A stretch of DNA of 64,000 nucleotides, from the IMG/VR virus record IMGVR_UViG_3300024229_000651; one strand, written 5' to 3'. Below, piece after piece: positions 18,634-25,996 of the stretch (position 1 is the first letter of the stretch; every line of letters starts with the position of its first letter). This DNA comes from a virus. Its lineage: Duplodnaviria > Caudoviricetes. Both the position numbers and the translations under genes were made by a program. Below the pieces are notes generated by a model. The model saw only the letters and a program-made list of their open reading frames with translations, did no database searches and was not told where the DNA came from.

Positions 18634-18661
18634 ATTATACTTCTTTACAGCCTAAAGTCAA
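18634..18661 (-). promoter_or_regulatory. sigma70 promoter
   Basis: TTGACT-16-TATAAT. Confidence 0.7.
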
Positions 18662-19083
18662 CCTTTATTTAAGGTGTTGTATCCCTCAACAACCTTACCT
18701 AATGCTTCATTTAGAAACATTAGGTTCTTATTTTCTAAATCTGCATAGCATTGGGCAGTAATATAGATCAATCCAATTAAATTACCCATAGTCCCCTGAT
18801 ATGAATGCTCTAGCTCTTCTATCTGAGAAGCAATCTTATCAACGTCTATTTGAATGTCTTCAAAACGTACCCCATCTGACTCGCCAAACATTTTCATTGC
18901 AAGCTCAGGGTGTTTCTCCCACAGAAATTCTTTGAATTGACCTTGATCATCCTCACTGAGAGCAGCAAACAGATCATGCATTGCAGTGTCAACGAGATTT
19001 GATACTTTTAGAAAGTCTGTTTTTCTTTTCTTAGTCTTTGAAAAGATATCTATGACTTTCCCTTTGTCATTCTCATCGGTCAT
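18658..19083 (-). CDS. Hypothetical protein
   Basis: 141 aa ORF in operon context. Confidence 0.7.
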   Translation of the reverse strand: MTDENDKGKVIDIFSKTKKRKTDFLKVSNLVDTAMHDLFAALSEDDQGQFKEFLWEKHPELAMKMFGESDGVRFEDIQIDVDKIASQIEELEHSYQGTMGNLIGLIYITAQCYADLENKNLMFLNEALGKVVEGYNTLNKG

Positions 19084-19084
19084 A

Positions 19085-19591
19085 TTATTGTACTCGAAGG
19101 CTTACAGGAATATAATCGCCTACACTTGGTGCAAACGGTCGGTTAACAACAAACGTGGAACCTTCCATCTCAACGGTAATACGATAGCTGCTGATCTCTT
19201 GTGTTCGGTACGGCTCTCTGCGCTCAACATCTTCGAACTCACATTGTGATCGACGATTGTTTGCAACATTGTTACCAATCTTGTTACCAATCAGTCCACC
19301 GATAATCTTTGCAGCATCGTTTCCACGTCCACCGCCAATCTTATCGCCAATCGCAACACCAACCCCAGCGCCGATCAACCCTTCAGTGCTACCAAATCCG
19401 CCATCTACTACACGCTCTAATAGACCACTGGAACGATTTTCACGATAACAAACTTTGCGAGTTTCCACTACTGTGTGATATCGTGTAACGTCTCGCATTA
19501 CAGGATCAACGTCAAGTACACGAAGCTCGACGCCTTGTGCTAATACCGTTGTTGATGCGCTAAGTGCTAGTGCTAGTACAGTCTTTTTCAT
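19085..19591 (-). CDS. Secreted glycine-zipper 2TM protein (SlyB/YcfJ-like)
   Basis: Signal peptide; GAGVGVAIGDKIGGGRG...IGGLIGNKIG glycine zipper. Confidence 0.75.
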   Translation of the reverse strand: MKKTVLALALSASTTVLAQGVELRVLDVDPVMRDVTRYHTVVETRKVCYRENRSSGLLERVVDGGFGSTEGLIGAGVGVAIGDKIGGGRGNDAAKIIGGLIGNKIGNNVANNRRSQCEFEDVERREPYRTQEISSYRITVEMEGSTFVVNRPFAPSVGDYIPVSLRVQ

Positions 19592-19626
19592 AAATGCTCC
19601 AATGCATTAATTGTTAATATGTATAT

Positions 19627-19655
19627 ATTATACCGGTTTTTCCGGCTAGAGTCAA
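19627..19655 (-). promoter_or_regulatory. Consensus sigma70 promoter
   Basis: TTGACT-17-TATAAT; TAAGTGCTTGATTACA motif at 19671-19686 upstream. Confidence 0.8.
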
Positions 19656-19706
19656 CCTTTTTGTGATTTGTAAGTGCTTGATTACATTGAGAATTGTAAA
19701 AAAATG

Positions 19707-19892
19707 CTAGATTTTTGTGTTTTTTGGGGTATTTTTGGGCTGAACACCCATGGATTTTAGGTATTCTACCTTGTCTGATTGAGGTAATACGACTAATTCA
19801 ACAGGCTGATCGTTATACCACCATTGTCCCTCGCTATCCTGTTTAGGATAAATCCAGTTGTTAGGATTATAATTAGTCCCAGAGGTTTTCAT
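19707..19892 (-). CDS. Possible small hypothetical protein
   Basis: ATG 19892 overlaps the end of the upstream gene; no motif. Confidence 0.4.
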   Translation of the reverse strand: MKTSGTNYNPNNWIYPKQDSEGQWWYNDQPVELVVLPQSDKVEYLKSMGVQPKNTPKNTKI

Positions 19893-20418
19893 AGTATTTT
19901 CCAAATAACTTAAACCCGTTTGTGATACGCTCTTGGTATGCTCTAAGTCCTTCCCAATCAATTTCAAATGTATCGTTAGGTCCTTTAACCAGTTCGCCTA
20001 GGCCTTCACTTTCCGGTACTTCAATCCACTGCACATCGTGTTCGCCTGAGCGAAACTGTTCTTCCCAGTCGTTATGTTTGCTCTCAAAGGCAAAGATCAT
20101 TTCATCCATTACCCAATCCCAACGCTCAAAGAACTTGCTATCAGTCTCACCATTTTTAGTGTATGCTGTTAGTTCTTTCTTAGTAGGACGCAACTCTGCA
20201 GGAACATCCTCTGGGTACACATAAGGAGCACCATGCTTGGTTAGTTTGAGTTGCTTGAGCATTGGCTCAATAATATACGAGAGGGTGTGATCCATGCTCC
20301 AAGTATCAAAGTCGTCTATGTGCACAGATACTTTAGGCTCATTACCGATACCAAACTTCTCGTATAGAAAGTTATGATACCAACGATGCTTGGGGTATGG
20401 TCCTATTTTAATTTTCAT
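19873..20418 (-). CDS. Hypothetical protein (MKIKIGPYP...)
   Basis: ATG overlaps upstream stop (ATGA). Confidence 0.75.
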   Translation of the reverse strand: MKIKIGPYPKHRWYHNFLYEKFGIGNEPKVSVHIDDFDTWSMDHTLSYIIEPMLKQLKLTKHGAPYVYPEDVPAELRPTKKELTAYTKNGETDSKFFERWDWVMDEMIFAFESKHNDWEEQFRSGEHDVQWIEVPESEGLGELVKGPNDTFEIDWEGLRAYQERITNGFKLFGKYYENLWD

Positions 20419-20741
20419 ACTAACTCCATCCAATCTGTATCTTCAGGCATCAATTGAATTTGACCTCCGAACTCCTGCTTTTCTATCAACTGATTATAGA
20501 TACCAGCAGTACTCATTCTAAGTCCGTAGGCTCCTTTAGGACATCTGTAGACTGACCCACTTTCACCATAGAAATGAACTTCATCCTCGTGATCAAACGT
20601 AAGAGTAATACCACTGTTCATTCTCCAACTATCACCGCTTAGATAACCACCGCTCCATCCTGCGAGAACTTTGTAGAAAGGGAATGCGCCTTTACCTGGC
20701 TTGATCTTTAATACTACCCAACTGTCAGGGCTATAATCCAC
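20415..20741 (-). CDS. Hypothetical protein
   Basis: Likely GTG start 20741 after GGAG; WSGGYLSGDSWRMNSG motif. Confidence 0.7.
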   Translation of the reverse strand: MDYSPDSWVVLKIKPGKGAFPFYKVLAGWSGGYLSGDSWRMNSGITLTFDHEDEVHFYGESGSVYRCPKGAYGLRMSTAGIYNQLIEKQEFGGQIQLMPEDTDWMELV

Positions 20742-20940
20742 TGTTCCACTCCCCAAATATGTTAGGTGCCTGTTCAGCCGCTTCTTCCATATAGTATTCG
20801 CCTGGGTAATGCTTTAAGCAACGATATGCTTCTTTGCGTATAGCACTTGGCACCCTAGGTGTCTTCTTAGGATCCATTAAGTCTACCAGGAACTGCCTAG
20901 TATAGTTAACAGCATTTCGTCTTTCATTTGGCATTGTCAT
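20731..20940 (-). CDS. BPSL0761-like small protein
   Basis: MT.P.ER..AV..TR.FL.DL....TPRVP.A.R..A..CLKHYP pattern. Confidence 0.7.
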   Translation of the reverse strand: MTMPNERRNAVNYTRQFLVDLMDPKKTPRVPSAIRKEAYRCLKHYPGEYYMEEAAEQAPNIFGEWNSGL

Positions 20941-21038
20941 TGCGATACTCCAACTCGCTGTGCATAGTAGTTAATTTGGTGGGCCCTGTTGGATTTGAAC
21001 CAACGATGCTTGGGGTATGGTCCTATTTTAATTTTCAT
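20937..21038 (-). CDS. Chimeric 33-aa mini-ORF (gene start fused through a tRNA fragment)
   Basis: MKIKIGPYPKHRWFKSNRAHQINYYAQRVGVSQ; both ends overlap neighbours as ATGA. Confidence 0.4.
   Translation of the reverse strand: MKIKIGPYPKHRWFKSNRAHQINYYAQRVGVSQ
20977..21005 (-). pseudogene. 3' half of a tRNA (T-arm + acceptor strand + CCA), Ile2-like
   Basis: CGTTGG-TTCAAAT-CCAAC-AGGGCCC-A-CCA; no D-arm or anticodon arm upstream. Confidence 0.75.
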
Positions 21039-21430
21039 ATAAACACCTTAGATAAATTCATACATACGGCTGTGCCTGTGATAGCACTACCGATCATAAT
21101 TGCTTTGTCATTCCAGCAATGTCCTACATATGTCCACGCTATAGAACTTAACGCATATGCCACTTTGCCAGCAAGCATGAACTCTGCACTCTGTAAAAAT
21201 ACACCAACAACTGCAAAGATAGTTGCTATCCATTTGATGCGGCTGTCAATGGTGCCAGTTGGTGTGGACGGTGTTAGTTCGTCTACTAGGTCTTGAATAT
21301 CATCTAGTTCCTGACGCAATCTATTTCGTTCTGTCCTGACACGCATTATGCTTTTGCTGCTTTCGCTCATGGCGCTGTCTTTAAACTGCTCGGATACCTC
21401 TGCTTGTATTTCTTCTGATTTATTTTTCAC
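21035..21430 (-). CDS. Membrane protein with coiled-coil N-terminus
   Basis: 131 aa, three C-terminal hydrophobic segments. Confidence 0.65.
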   Translation of the reverse strand: MKNKSEEIQAEVSEQFKDSAMSESSKSIMRVRTERNRLRQELDDIQDLVDELTPSTPTGTIDSRIKWIATIFAVVGVFLQSAEFMLAGKVAYALSSIAWTYVGHCWNDKAIMIGSAITGTAVCMNLSKVFI

Positions 21431-22554
21431 TTGTTAACCTTCTCGAACACATATACGCCTTCGTATTTTTCAACACCTTCTTGCTTTCCGTTGCCTGCTC
21501 CGGGTCGAGTGTTTAGCATCATCTTTAATGTTTCTGTGTGTTTAAAACCTATTTTTTCCGCTGTACTTATCCATCTGTCTACAACCTTGAACTCTTCTTT
21601 TGGCGTTTTATAATCTGCAATGTTTGTTGCAAACACACCTTCTGAGTTTAGTCCTGTGTGTATGTTTTGCATAGTAGGTGCAACGTATCCCTCAAACCAT
21701 TCATCTATACTGTTGAACTGATTCATACACTGCGTGGGTTCGTCTGAATACTTCTCTAGGTTAAAGTATGGTGGGCTACTAAATGCACAATCAATGTTCT
21801 CAGGCACAAACTCTTCGCTTACACTTTGATGTATTTCTCCTGGACGTCCACCAGCTTGTTCTATAAAACTGTTTAATAATTTTAAGTTCTCAACAGTTTC
21901 CGTGTTAGGATCTACGCCTACGTATTCAAGTTGAAGATTGCTACTGGTTACGCCTAATAATCTTCCGCCGTAACCACAACTATAATCGTACACTCGCCCC
22001 CACAGCACAGGACAACAATACTCTACTATTGCCCTAGCATTTTGAGACTTAAAGTTCTGTATGTTTTCTCCTGTGACTAGCTCTAGTGATCTGCGAATAG
22101 CAGTGGGGTGCACAAGATTATTACCTTCTCTGAATTCAAAGCAAATTCGGATAGCTCTACGTAATTTAGTGTCGTTGTAGAATCTGTCCCTAAGGCTATT
22201 TGATCCTCTGCCCTTGGGTTCTGCAGTCATCATGTTTGTAAACAAGAAACGGTTTATCGATTGGCCTTTGTTATTACCTAAACCTATACGTCCTAAACTT
22301 ACATTGTTATAACTGGAACGCTTAAAATCTTTTATTGCTTGTATTAAGCCGCTGTCTGTGAAGTAAACAATAGGCACAAGATTAATACTACGGTATAAAT
22401 CAAACACTTCCTCAATTGTTTTTTCTGGGTCTTCATTGTAAACTTCCTTAGTGTATTTTGCTAGTTGCGGATATAGTGATTCGTACCCAGTGAACTCATC
22501 ACCGGATATATGATCTGCTTCTATTTCCCAAAATTTATATATACGTTCAAGCAT
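21427..22554 (-). CDS. DNA amino-methyltransferase (N4-C or N6-A)
   Basis: YDYSCGYGGRL SAM-binding motif and FSSPPYF catalytic motif; start moved to ATG 22554 because the track ORF begins inside tRNA-Trp. Confidence 0.8.
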   Translation of the reverse strand: MLERIYKFWEIEADHISGDEFTGYESLYPQLAKYTKEVYNEDPEKTIEEVFDLYRSINLVPIVYFTDSGLIQAIKDFKRSSYNNVSLGRIGLGNNKGQSINRFLFTNMMTAEPKGRGSNSLRDRFYNDTKLRRAIRICFEFREGNNLVHPTAIRRSLELVTGENIQNFKSQNARAIVEYCCPVLWGRVYDYSCGYGGRLLGVTSSNLQLEYVGVDPNTETVENLKLLNSFIEQAGGRPGEIHQSVSEEFVPENIDCAFSSPPYFNLEKYSDEPTQCMNQFNSIDEWFEGYVAPTMQNIHTGLNSEGVFATNIADYKTPKEEFKVVDRWISTAEKIGFKHTETLKMMLNTRPGAGNGKQEGVEKYEGVYVFEKVNK

Positions 22555-22575
22555 ATTTAATACACTGTGCATAAA

Positions 22576-22650
22576 TGGCAGGCGAGCAGGGATTCGAACC
22601 CCAACCAACGGTTTTGGAGACCGCCATGCTACCGTTAACACCACTCACCT
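22576..22650 (-). tRNA. trnW: tRNA-Trp(CCA)
   Basis: Acceptor AGGTGAG/CTCGCCT, anticodon loop CTCCAAA, GTTCGAATC, encoded CCA. Confidence 0.88.
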
Positions 22651-22756
22651 AAAAACGACTTCACTTCACCATTCTTTGCATGTTCCCAATAAACATGCAC
22701 AAAGATCCGCCTACCTACTCGTTCTCAGTATAACTAAACACTTCAAACTCATGTAC

Positions 22757-22784
22757 ATTATATATGACATTGTACGAATGTCAA
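22757..22784 (-). promoter_or_regulatory. sigma70 promoter overlapped by a 19-bp palindrome
   Basis: TTGACA-16-TATAAT; TGACATT-N5-AATGTCA at 22765-22783. Confidence 0.65.
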
Positions 22785-23416
22785 GTTTTTATTTTAGTAA
22801 AAACACGCCAATCATACTTCGCAAGCGGAATTTCTGTATAGTCATATCTAGGTACAATGTTATCGCATACAAAATTCACAGCCGCAATAGTAGATTCTTC
22901 CTGTGACATTCTGGGATAAATGGTACTATAATCACATGGTAAGTCTCTTTGAGCATTCCAATTGGTATCATCGAAAATTATCATTCCGCCTGGGGCTGTG
23001 AGCTTGTCAACTAAAGTAAAGGCTAATGCGCTAGTTGGGAAGTCGTGTCCACCATCAATATAACATAAATCGTATATTGGTGTACTATTCTGCTCAACCA
23101 ACTTACCCAACTCCCACAAGAAACATTTCTCCGCTCTTGTAATTGTTACTAGCTCTTGTAAATCAAGTTTAGATAGTACTTGATCTATATTAGGCTTTAC
23201 TAGATTAGTTTTACGATCAAAGGTGTGGACTTTGCCAAAACCTTGTTCTTTAAGTATAGAGGCAAAGTATGCTGTGCCTTTACCGTGATAGAAACCTAGT
23301 TCACAGATACTCGAGTACTCGTTATCCATTATAACATCACGCAACCATGCAGCTTGCTCGTGCGACATATAACTTAAATTTTCGTACTCTTGTGTTACAG
23401 TATCTATTAGTGACAC
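22781..23416 (-). CDS. Class I SAM-dependent methyltransferase (Methyltransf_24-like)
   Basis: CELGFYHGKG, CYIDGGH, PGGMIIFDD; GTG start 23416 after AGAGGAG. Confidence 0.8.
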   Translation of the reverse strand: MSLIDTVTQEYENLSYMSHEQAAWLRDVIMDNEYSSICELGFYHGKGTAYFASILKEQGFGKVHTFDRKTNLVKPNIDQVLSKLDLQELVTITRAEKCFLWELGKLVEQNSTPIYDLCYIDGGHDFPTSALAFTLVDKLTAPGGMIIFDDTNWNAQRDLPCDYSTIYPRMSQEESTIAAVNFVCDNIVPRYDYTEIPLAKYDWRVFTKIKT

Positions 23417-23436
23417 AGTATCTCCTCTAACTAATA

Positions 23437-23513
23437 TGGTGGGCCCAGTAGGACTTGAACCTACGACCAATCGATTATGAGTCGAGTGCTCTGACCAACT
23501 GAGCTATGGGCCC
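23437..23513 (-). tRNA. tRNA-CAT, most likely Ile2 (lysidine type)
   Basis: GGGCCCA acceptor with paired G1-C72 (not fMet), C4/C5, loop CTCATAA, A73, CCA. Confidence 0.85.
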
Positions 23514-23519
23514 AAAACT

Positions 23520-23876
23520 TCAATCTTTATCTTTTGTAATAATTATGCTGCTATCTTCGCGACTTACTGTAACAGAATCGCCTGGGGATAATCCAACAGC
23601 TTCACATGCCTCTTGGGGTATAGTGAGCTGTACATTGCTGTCGTCGCCCGGTATATCCTCAAACAAGCTGTCTGCACTGTATGTTTGATTAAACTGTACT
23701 CGACGAGCATTTTGTTGTCGCTGTGACACTGCCCTTTGCTGCCTACGGTTGACCATTGTTTCCTCTTTTACTAGATCACTGAAGTCTAGATCATCTTTAA
23801 TATACCTGTATACACTAATACAGGACCACACAAATATAACAGTACACAACCCAACTAAAATATATATACTTTCCAT
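23520..23876 (-). CDS. AbrB/MazE-like DNA-binding domain protein with possible N-terminal TM
   Basis: LTIPQEACEAVGLSPGDSVTVSREDSSIIITK; starts at 23876 (AAGGAG) and possibly 23756 (GAGGA). Confidence 0.65.
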   Translation of the reverse strand: MESIYILVGLCTVIFVWSCISVYRYIKDDLDFSDLVKEETMVNRRQQRAVSQRQQNARRVQFNQTYSADSLFEDIPGDDSNVQLTIPQEACEAVGLSPGDSVTVSREDSSIIITKDKD

Positions 23877-23890
23877 ACATATCTCCTTAA

Positions 23891-23967
23891 TGGTCGGAGT
23901 ACAAGGATTCGAACCTTGGACCTCTGCCTCCCAAAGGCAGCGCACTACCAGGCTGTGCTATACTCCG
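23891..23967 (-). tRNA. trnP: tRNA-Pro(TGG)
   Basis: CGGAGTA acceptor, loop TTTGGGA, CCA. Confidence 0.95.
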
Positions 23968-23972
23968 TTAAC

Positions 23973-24048
23973 TGGCTCCGCAACTTGGGCTCGAACCAAG
24001 GACCCACAGATTAACAGTCTGTTGCTCTACCAACTGAGCTATTGCGGA
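23973..24048 (-). tRNA. trnN: tRNA-Asn(GTT)
   Basis: TCCGCAA acceptor, loop CTGTTAA, CCA. Confidence 0.95.
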
Positions 24049-24096
24049 ATAAATTGTTGGCTCTCTTTTTTACCCTGGGAGAGCCAAACCAGAATG

Positions 24097-24183
24097 TGGT
24101 ACCCGGAGACGGACTTGAACCGTCATGCCATTGCTGGCGAGGGATTTTAAGTCCCTTGTGTCTACCAATTCCACCACCCGGGC
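24097..24183 (-). tRNA. trnL: tRNA-Leu(TAA)
   Basis: Long variable arm, loop CTTAAAA, CCA. Confidence 0.95.
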
Positions 24184-24189
24184 ATTATT

Positions 24190-24381
24190 CTATATATTAA
24201 GACTTAACTGACCACTATCAATATCTTTACCGTGGAATTCAACTGCATCATTTAAAGATTCTGTCAATGCAGTAGTAATACCTATTTTTGCAAAAAAATT
24301 AATCGCTTCAGAATCCATGTCAAACGATATTGTTGCTCCACCACCATCAGACTCAATATAATCCAATACGTCTATTTTCAT
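24190..24381 (-). CDS. Small hypothetical protein
   Basis: Likely start MKIDV at 24381 after AAGGA. Confidence 0.55.
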   Translation of the reverse strand: MKIDVLDYIESDGGGATISFDMDSEAINFFAKIGITTALTESLNDAVEFHGKDIDSGQLSLNI

Positions 24382-24414
24382 TGTGTTTCTTTCCTTTCTC
24401 TTATTTACTTCCTT

Positions 24415-24502
24415 TGAAAAGGCCCCGCTCTCAATATTGAATGAGTTGTACATAAACTGTACTGCACCTCACGACCCCGAATACTTTGGGACCGCCTTTT
24501 CA
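24415..24502 (-). ncRNA. Candidate multibranch structured RNA
   Basis: Perfect 9-bp closing helix TGAAAAGGC/GCCTTTTCA with three internal stems. Confidence 0.4.
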
Positions 24503-24565
24503 CGCCCTCTAACTAATACCCTCTTTTAACTGGTTGGAGTTATCCAAACTCCTTAAACATTGTAA

Positions 24566-24642
<77 letters not shown>

Positions 24643-24661
24643 ATAAACTTGTTGCACTTCT

Positions 24662-25078
24662 TTAATCCTTATCAAACTCTAGAACTAACTTATTTTGTAA
24701 ACGCCGTGCTTCTTTCTCCCACGGCTGATCCCAATATGCAATATGGTCTACATACCTGTTGCTTTTCCATCTGGACATGCAGGGGTCTAGTTCGCTATTA
24801 GCAAATTGCTTTACATGAACCATTTCATGTGCAAGAGTGCTCAGCCAATTACCAAATAGTGCTACATCGATAACAAAGTTTCGATTATCGACTGCTTCGC
24901 AGAGACCCATACTGTTTTCTTTATCAACAAAAAGATTGTTATGAATTTTAATATGCAGATTTGTATGCAGGCGACTAATACCTAATTGCTTTGCAAAACT
25001 TTTGACAGCTAACGTTGCATATGCTTGTAAGCCAATATCCAACTCAGCACCACGTGGACCAGTAACAGAAATATTCAA
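24662..25078 (-). CDS. HExxH zinc-metallopeptidase-like protein
   Basis: LSTLAHEMVHVKQF, QPWEKEA; own promoter TTGACA-17-TATAAT at 25108-25136. Confidence 0.65.
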   Translation of the reverse strand: MNISVTGPRGAELDIGLQAYATLAVKSFAKQLGISRLHTNLHIKIHNNLFVDKENSMGLCEAVDNRNFVIDVALFGNWLSTLAHEMVHVKQFANSELDPCMSRWKSNRYVDHIAYWDQPWEKEARRLQNKLVLEFDKD

Positions 25079-25144
25079 ACGTATTCTCCTACGTAAACAA
25101 TGTGGATATTATAGTTGAAATGACCAGTCATGTCAACCGAAATA

Positions 25145-25234
25145 ATTGTAGTGGACAAAGGTACACTTAGGGAATTTACAAGGATACATCCTAACCCAAT
25201 TTACGAAATACCAGCCGCTTTGCCCAACTACAAT
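25145..25234 (-). ncRNA. Candidate ~90-nt small RNA with paired ends
   Basis: ATTGTAGTTGGGCAAAG pairs with CTTTGTCCACTACAAT; begins at the expected +1 of TTGACT-16-TATAAT (25239-25266). Confidence 0.55.
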
Positions 25235-25328
25235 ACGTATTATAATGATATTTGGGCTAAAGTCAACCTTTTTTTTGTGTTTGCTAAGTGCTTGTTTTTG
25301 TTACGGTTTTTGTACGGAAGTTAAGAGA

Positions 25329-25703
25329 TCAAACGAGTTTGTGCCACGGATCTCCAGGTTCTAGCCCGCTTACGTACAAAAAAGTGTACCCTATGCGTTC
25401 TAGTTGTTGTTTGGTTTTTACTGAAGTTTGCCTGTTATCGAGTATATAATTACCTGATGCACAAACTAAGTGCATCTCACCAGTTTCGCATTTACATACC
25501 ACTAATCTACTATCAAGCTCTTCCTTACGAATTTTAGTCCTACATGCAATAGCAAACCCATCGCAGTCATCCTTAATGTCTGACATATCATCGGGAAATT
25601 GCCAATGCTCATTCATACCATGCATTTCAGTGTCAGTTTTATATGTGAACGCTTTGCTAATATCAGTATGGATCTGGTCGACTATTTCTTTTATATCTTT
25701 CAT
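25329..25703 (-). CDS. Transglutaminase-like cysteine peptidase (BTLCP/C93-like)
   Basis: DCDGFA, HLVC, YILDNR (Cys-His-Asp). Confidence 0.75.
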   Translation of the reverse strand: MKDIKEIVDQIHTDISKAFTYKTDTEMHGMNEHWQFPDDMSDIKDDCDGFAIACRTKIRKEELDSRLVVCKCETGEMHLVCASGNYILDNRQTSVKTKQQLERIGYTFLYVSGLEPGDPWHKLV

Positions 25704-25906
25704 TAGCAGTCTGCCTCCTCATTACGCTCCTTCCAATCCTCACATCCTTTTATTGTTACTTCTTCACCGAGGTTACCCCAAGTGTCTGCATCATTCTGAT
25801 AATTGCCCGGAGCAACATATTGCTCGTTACCTTGCTCTACGACTTGATCTGTATCGCTACATGCTATTAGTAGTGACATACCTACCACGATTAGTATATT
25901 CTTCAT
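25703..25906 (-). CDS. Small lipoprotein
   Basis: MKNILIVVGMSLLIAC lipobox; start 25906 after AAGGAG. Confidence 0.7.
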   Translation of the reverse strand: MKNILIVVGMSLLIACSDTDQVVEQGNEQYVAPGNYQNDADTWGNLGEEVTIKGCEDWKERNEEADC

Positions 25907-25949
25907 ATGAATTCTCCTTTTGCAACATGTATTTGTATTTATTACAGCC

Positions 25950-25975
25950 AAAAAAATAGGGCCCGTAGGCCCTAT
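25950..25975 (-). terminator. Intrinsic terminator after fibre gene
   Basis: ATAGGGCC-TACG-GGCCCTAT followed by a T run. Confidence 0.85.
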
Positions 25976-25996
25976 CTTCTATTTTTCTAACTTCTA

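Larger units (their letters stand above)
20379..21039. repeat. 41-bp perfect direct repeat (20379-20419 and 20999-21039)
   Basis: ACCAACGATGCTTGGGGTATGGTCCTATTTTAATTTTCATA occurs twice, 620 bp apart. Confidence 0.92.

Noticed and set aside
24056-24088. Hairpin TTGGCTCTC/GAGAGCCAA between tRNA-Leu and tRNA-Asn
   Set aside because: Plausible ordinary tRNA-processing spacer; nothing further supports a separate RNA.
20928-24150. Track ORFs starting in or spanning tRNAs (20928+, 21427-22644, 22781-23470, 23520-23945, 23749+)
   Set aside because: The extensions translate tRNA sequence; starts were moved downstream to SD-supported codons or the ORFs were dropped.
25130-25324. 64-aa plus-strand ORF
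   Set aside because: No SD; runs through two minus-strand promoters; better explained as the antisense of the candidate sRNA.
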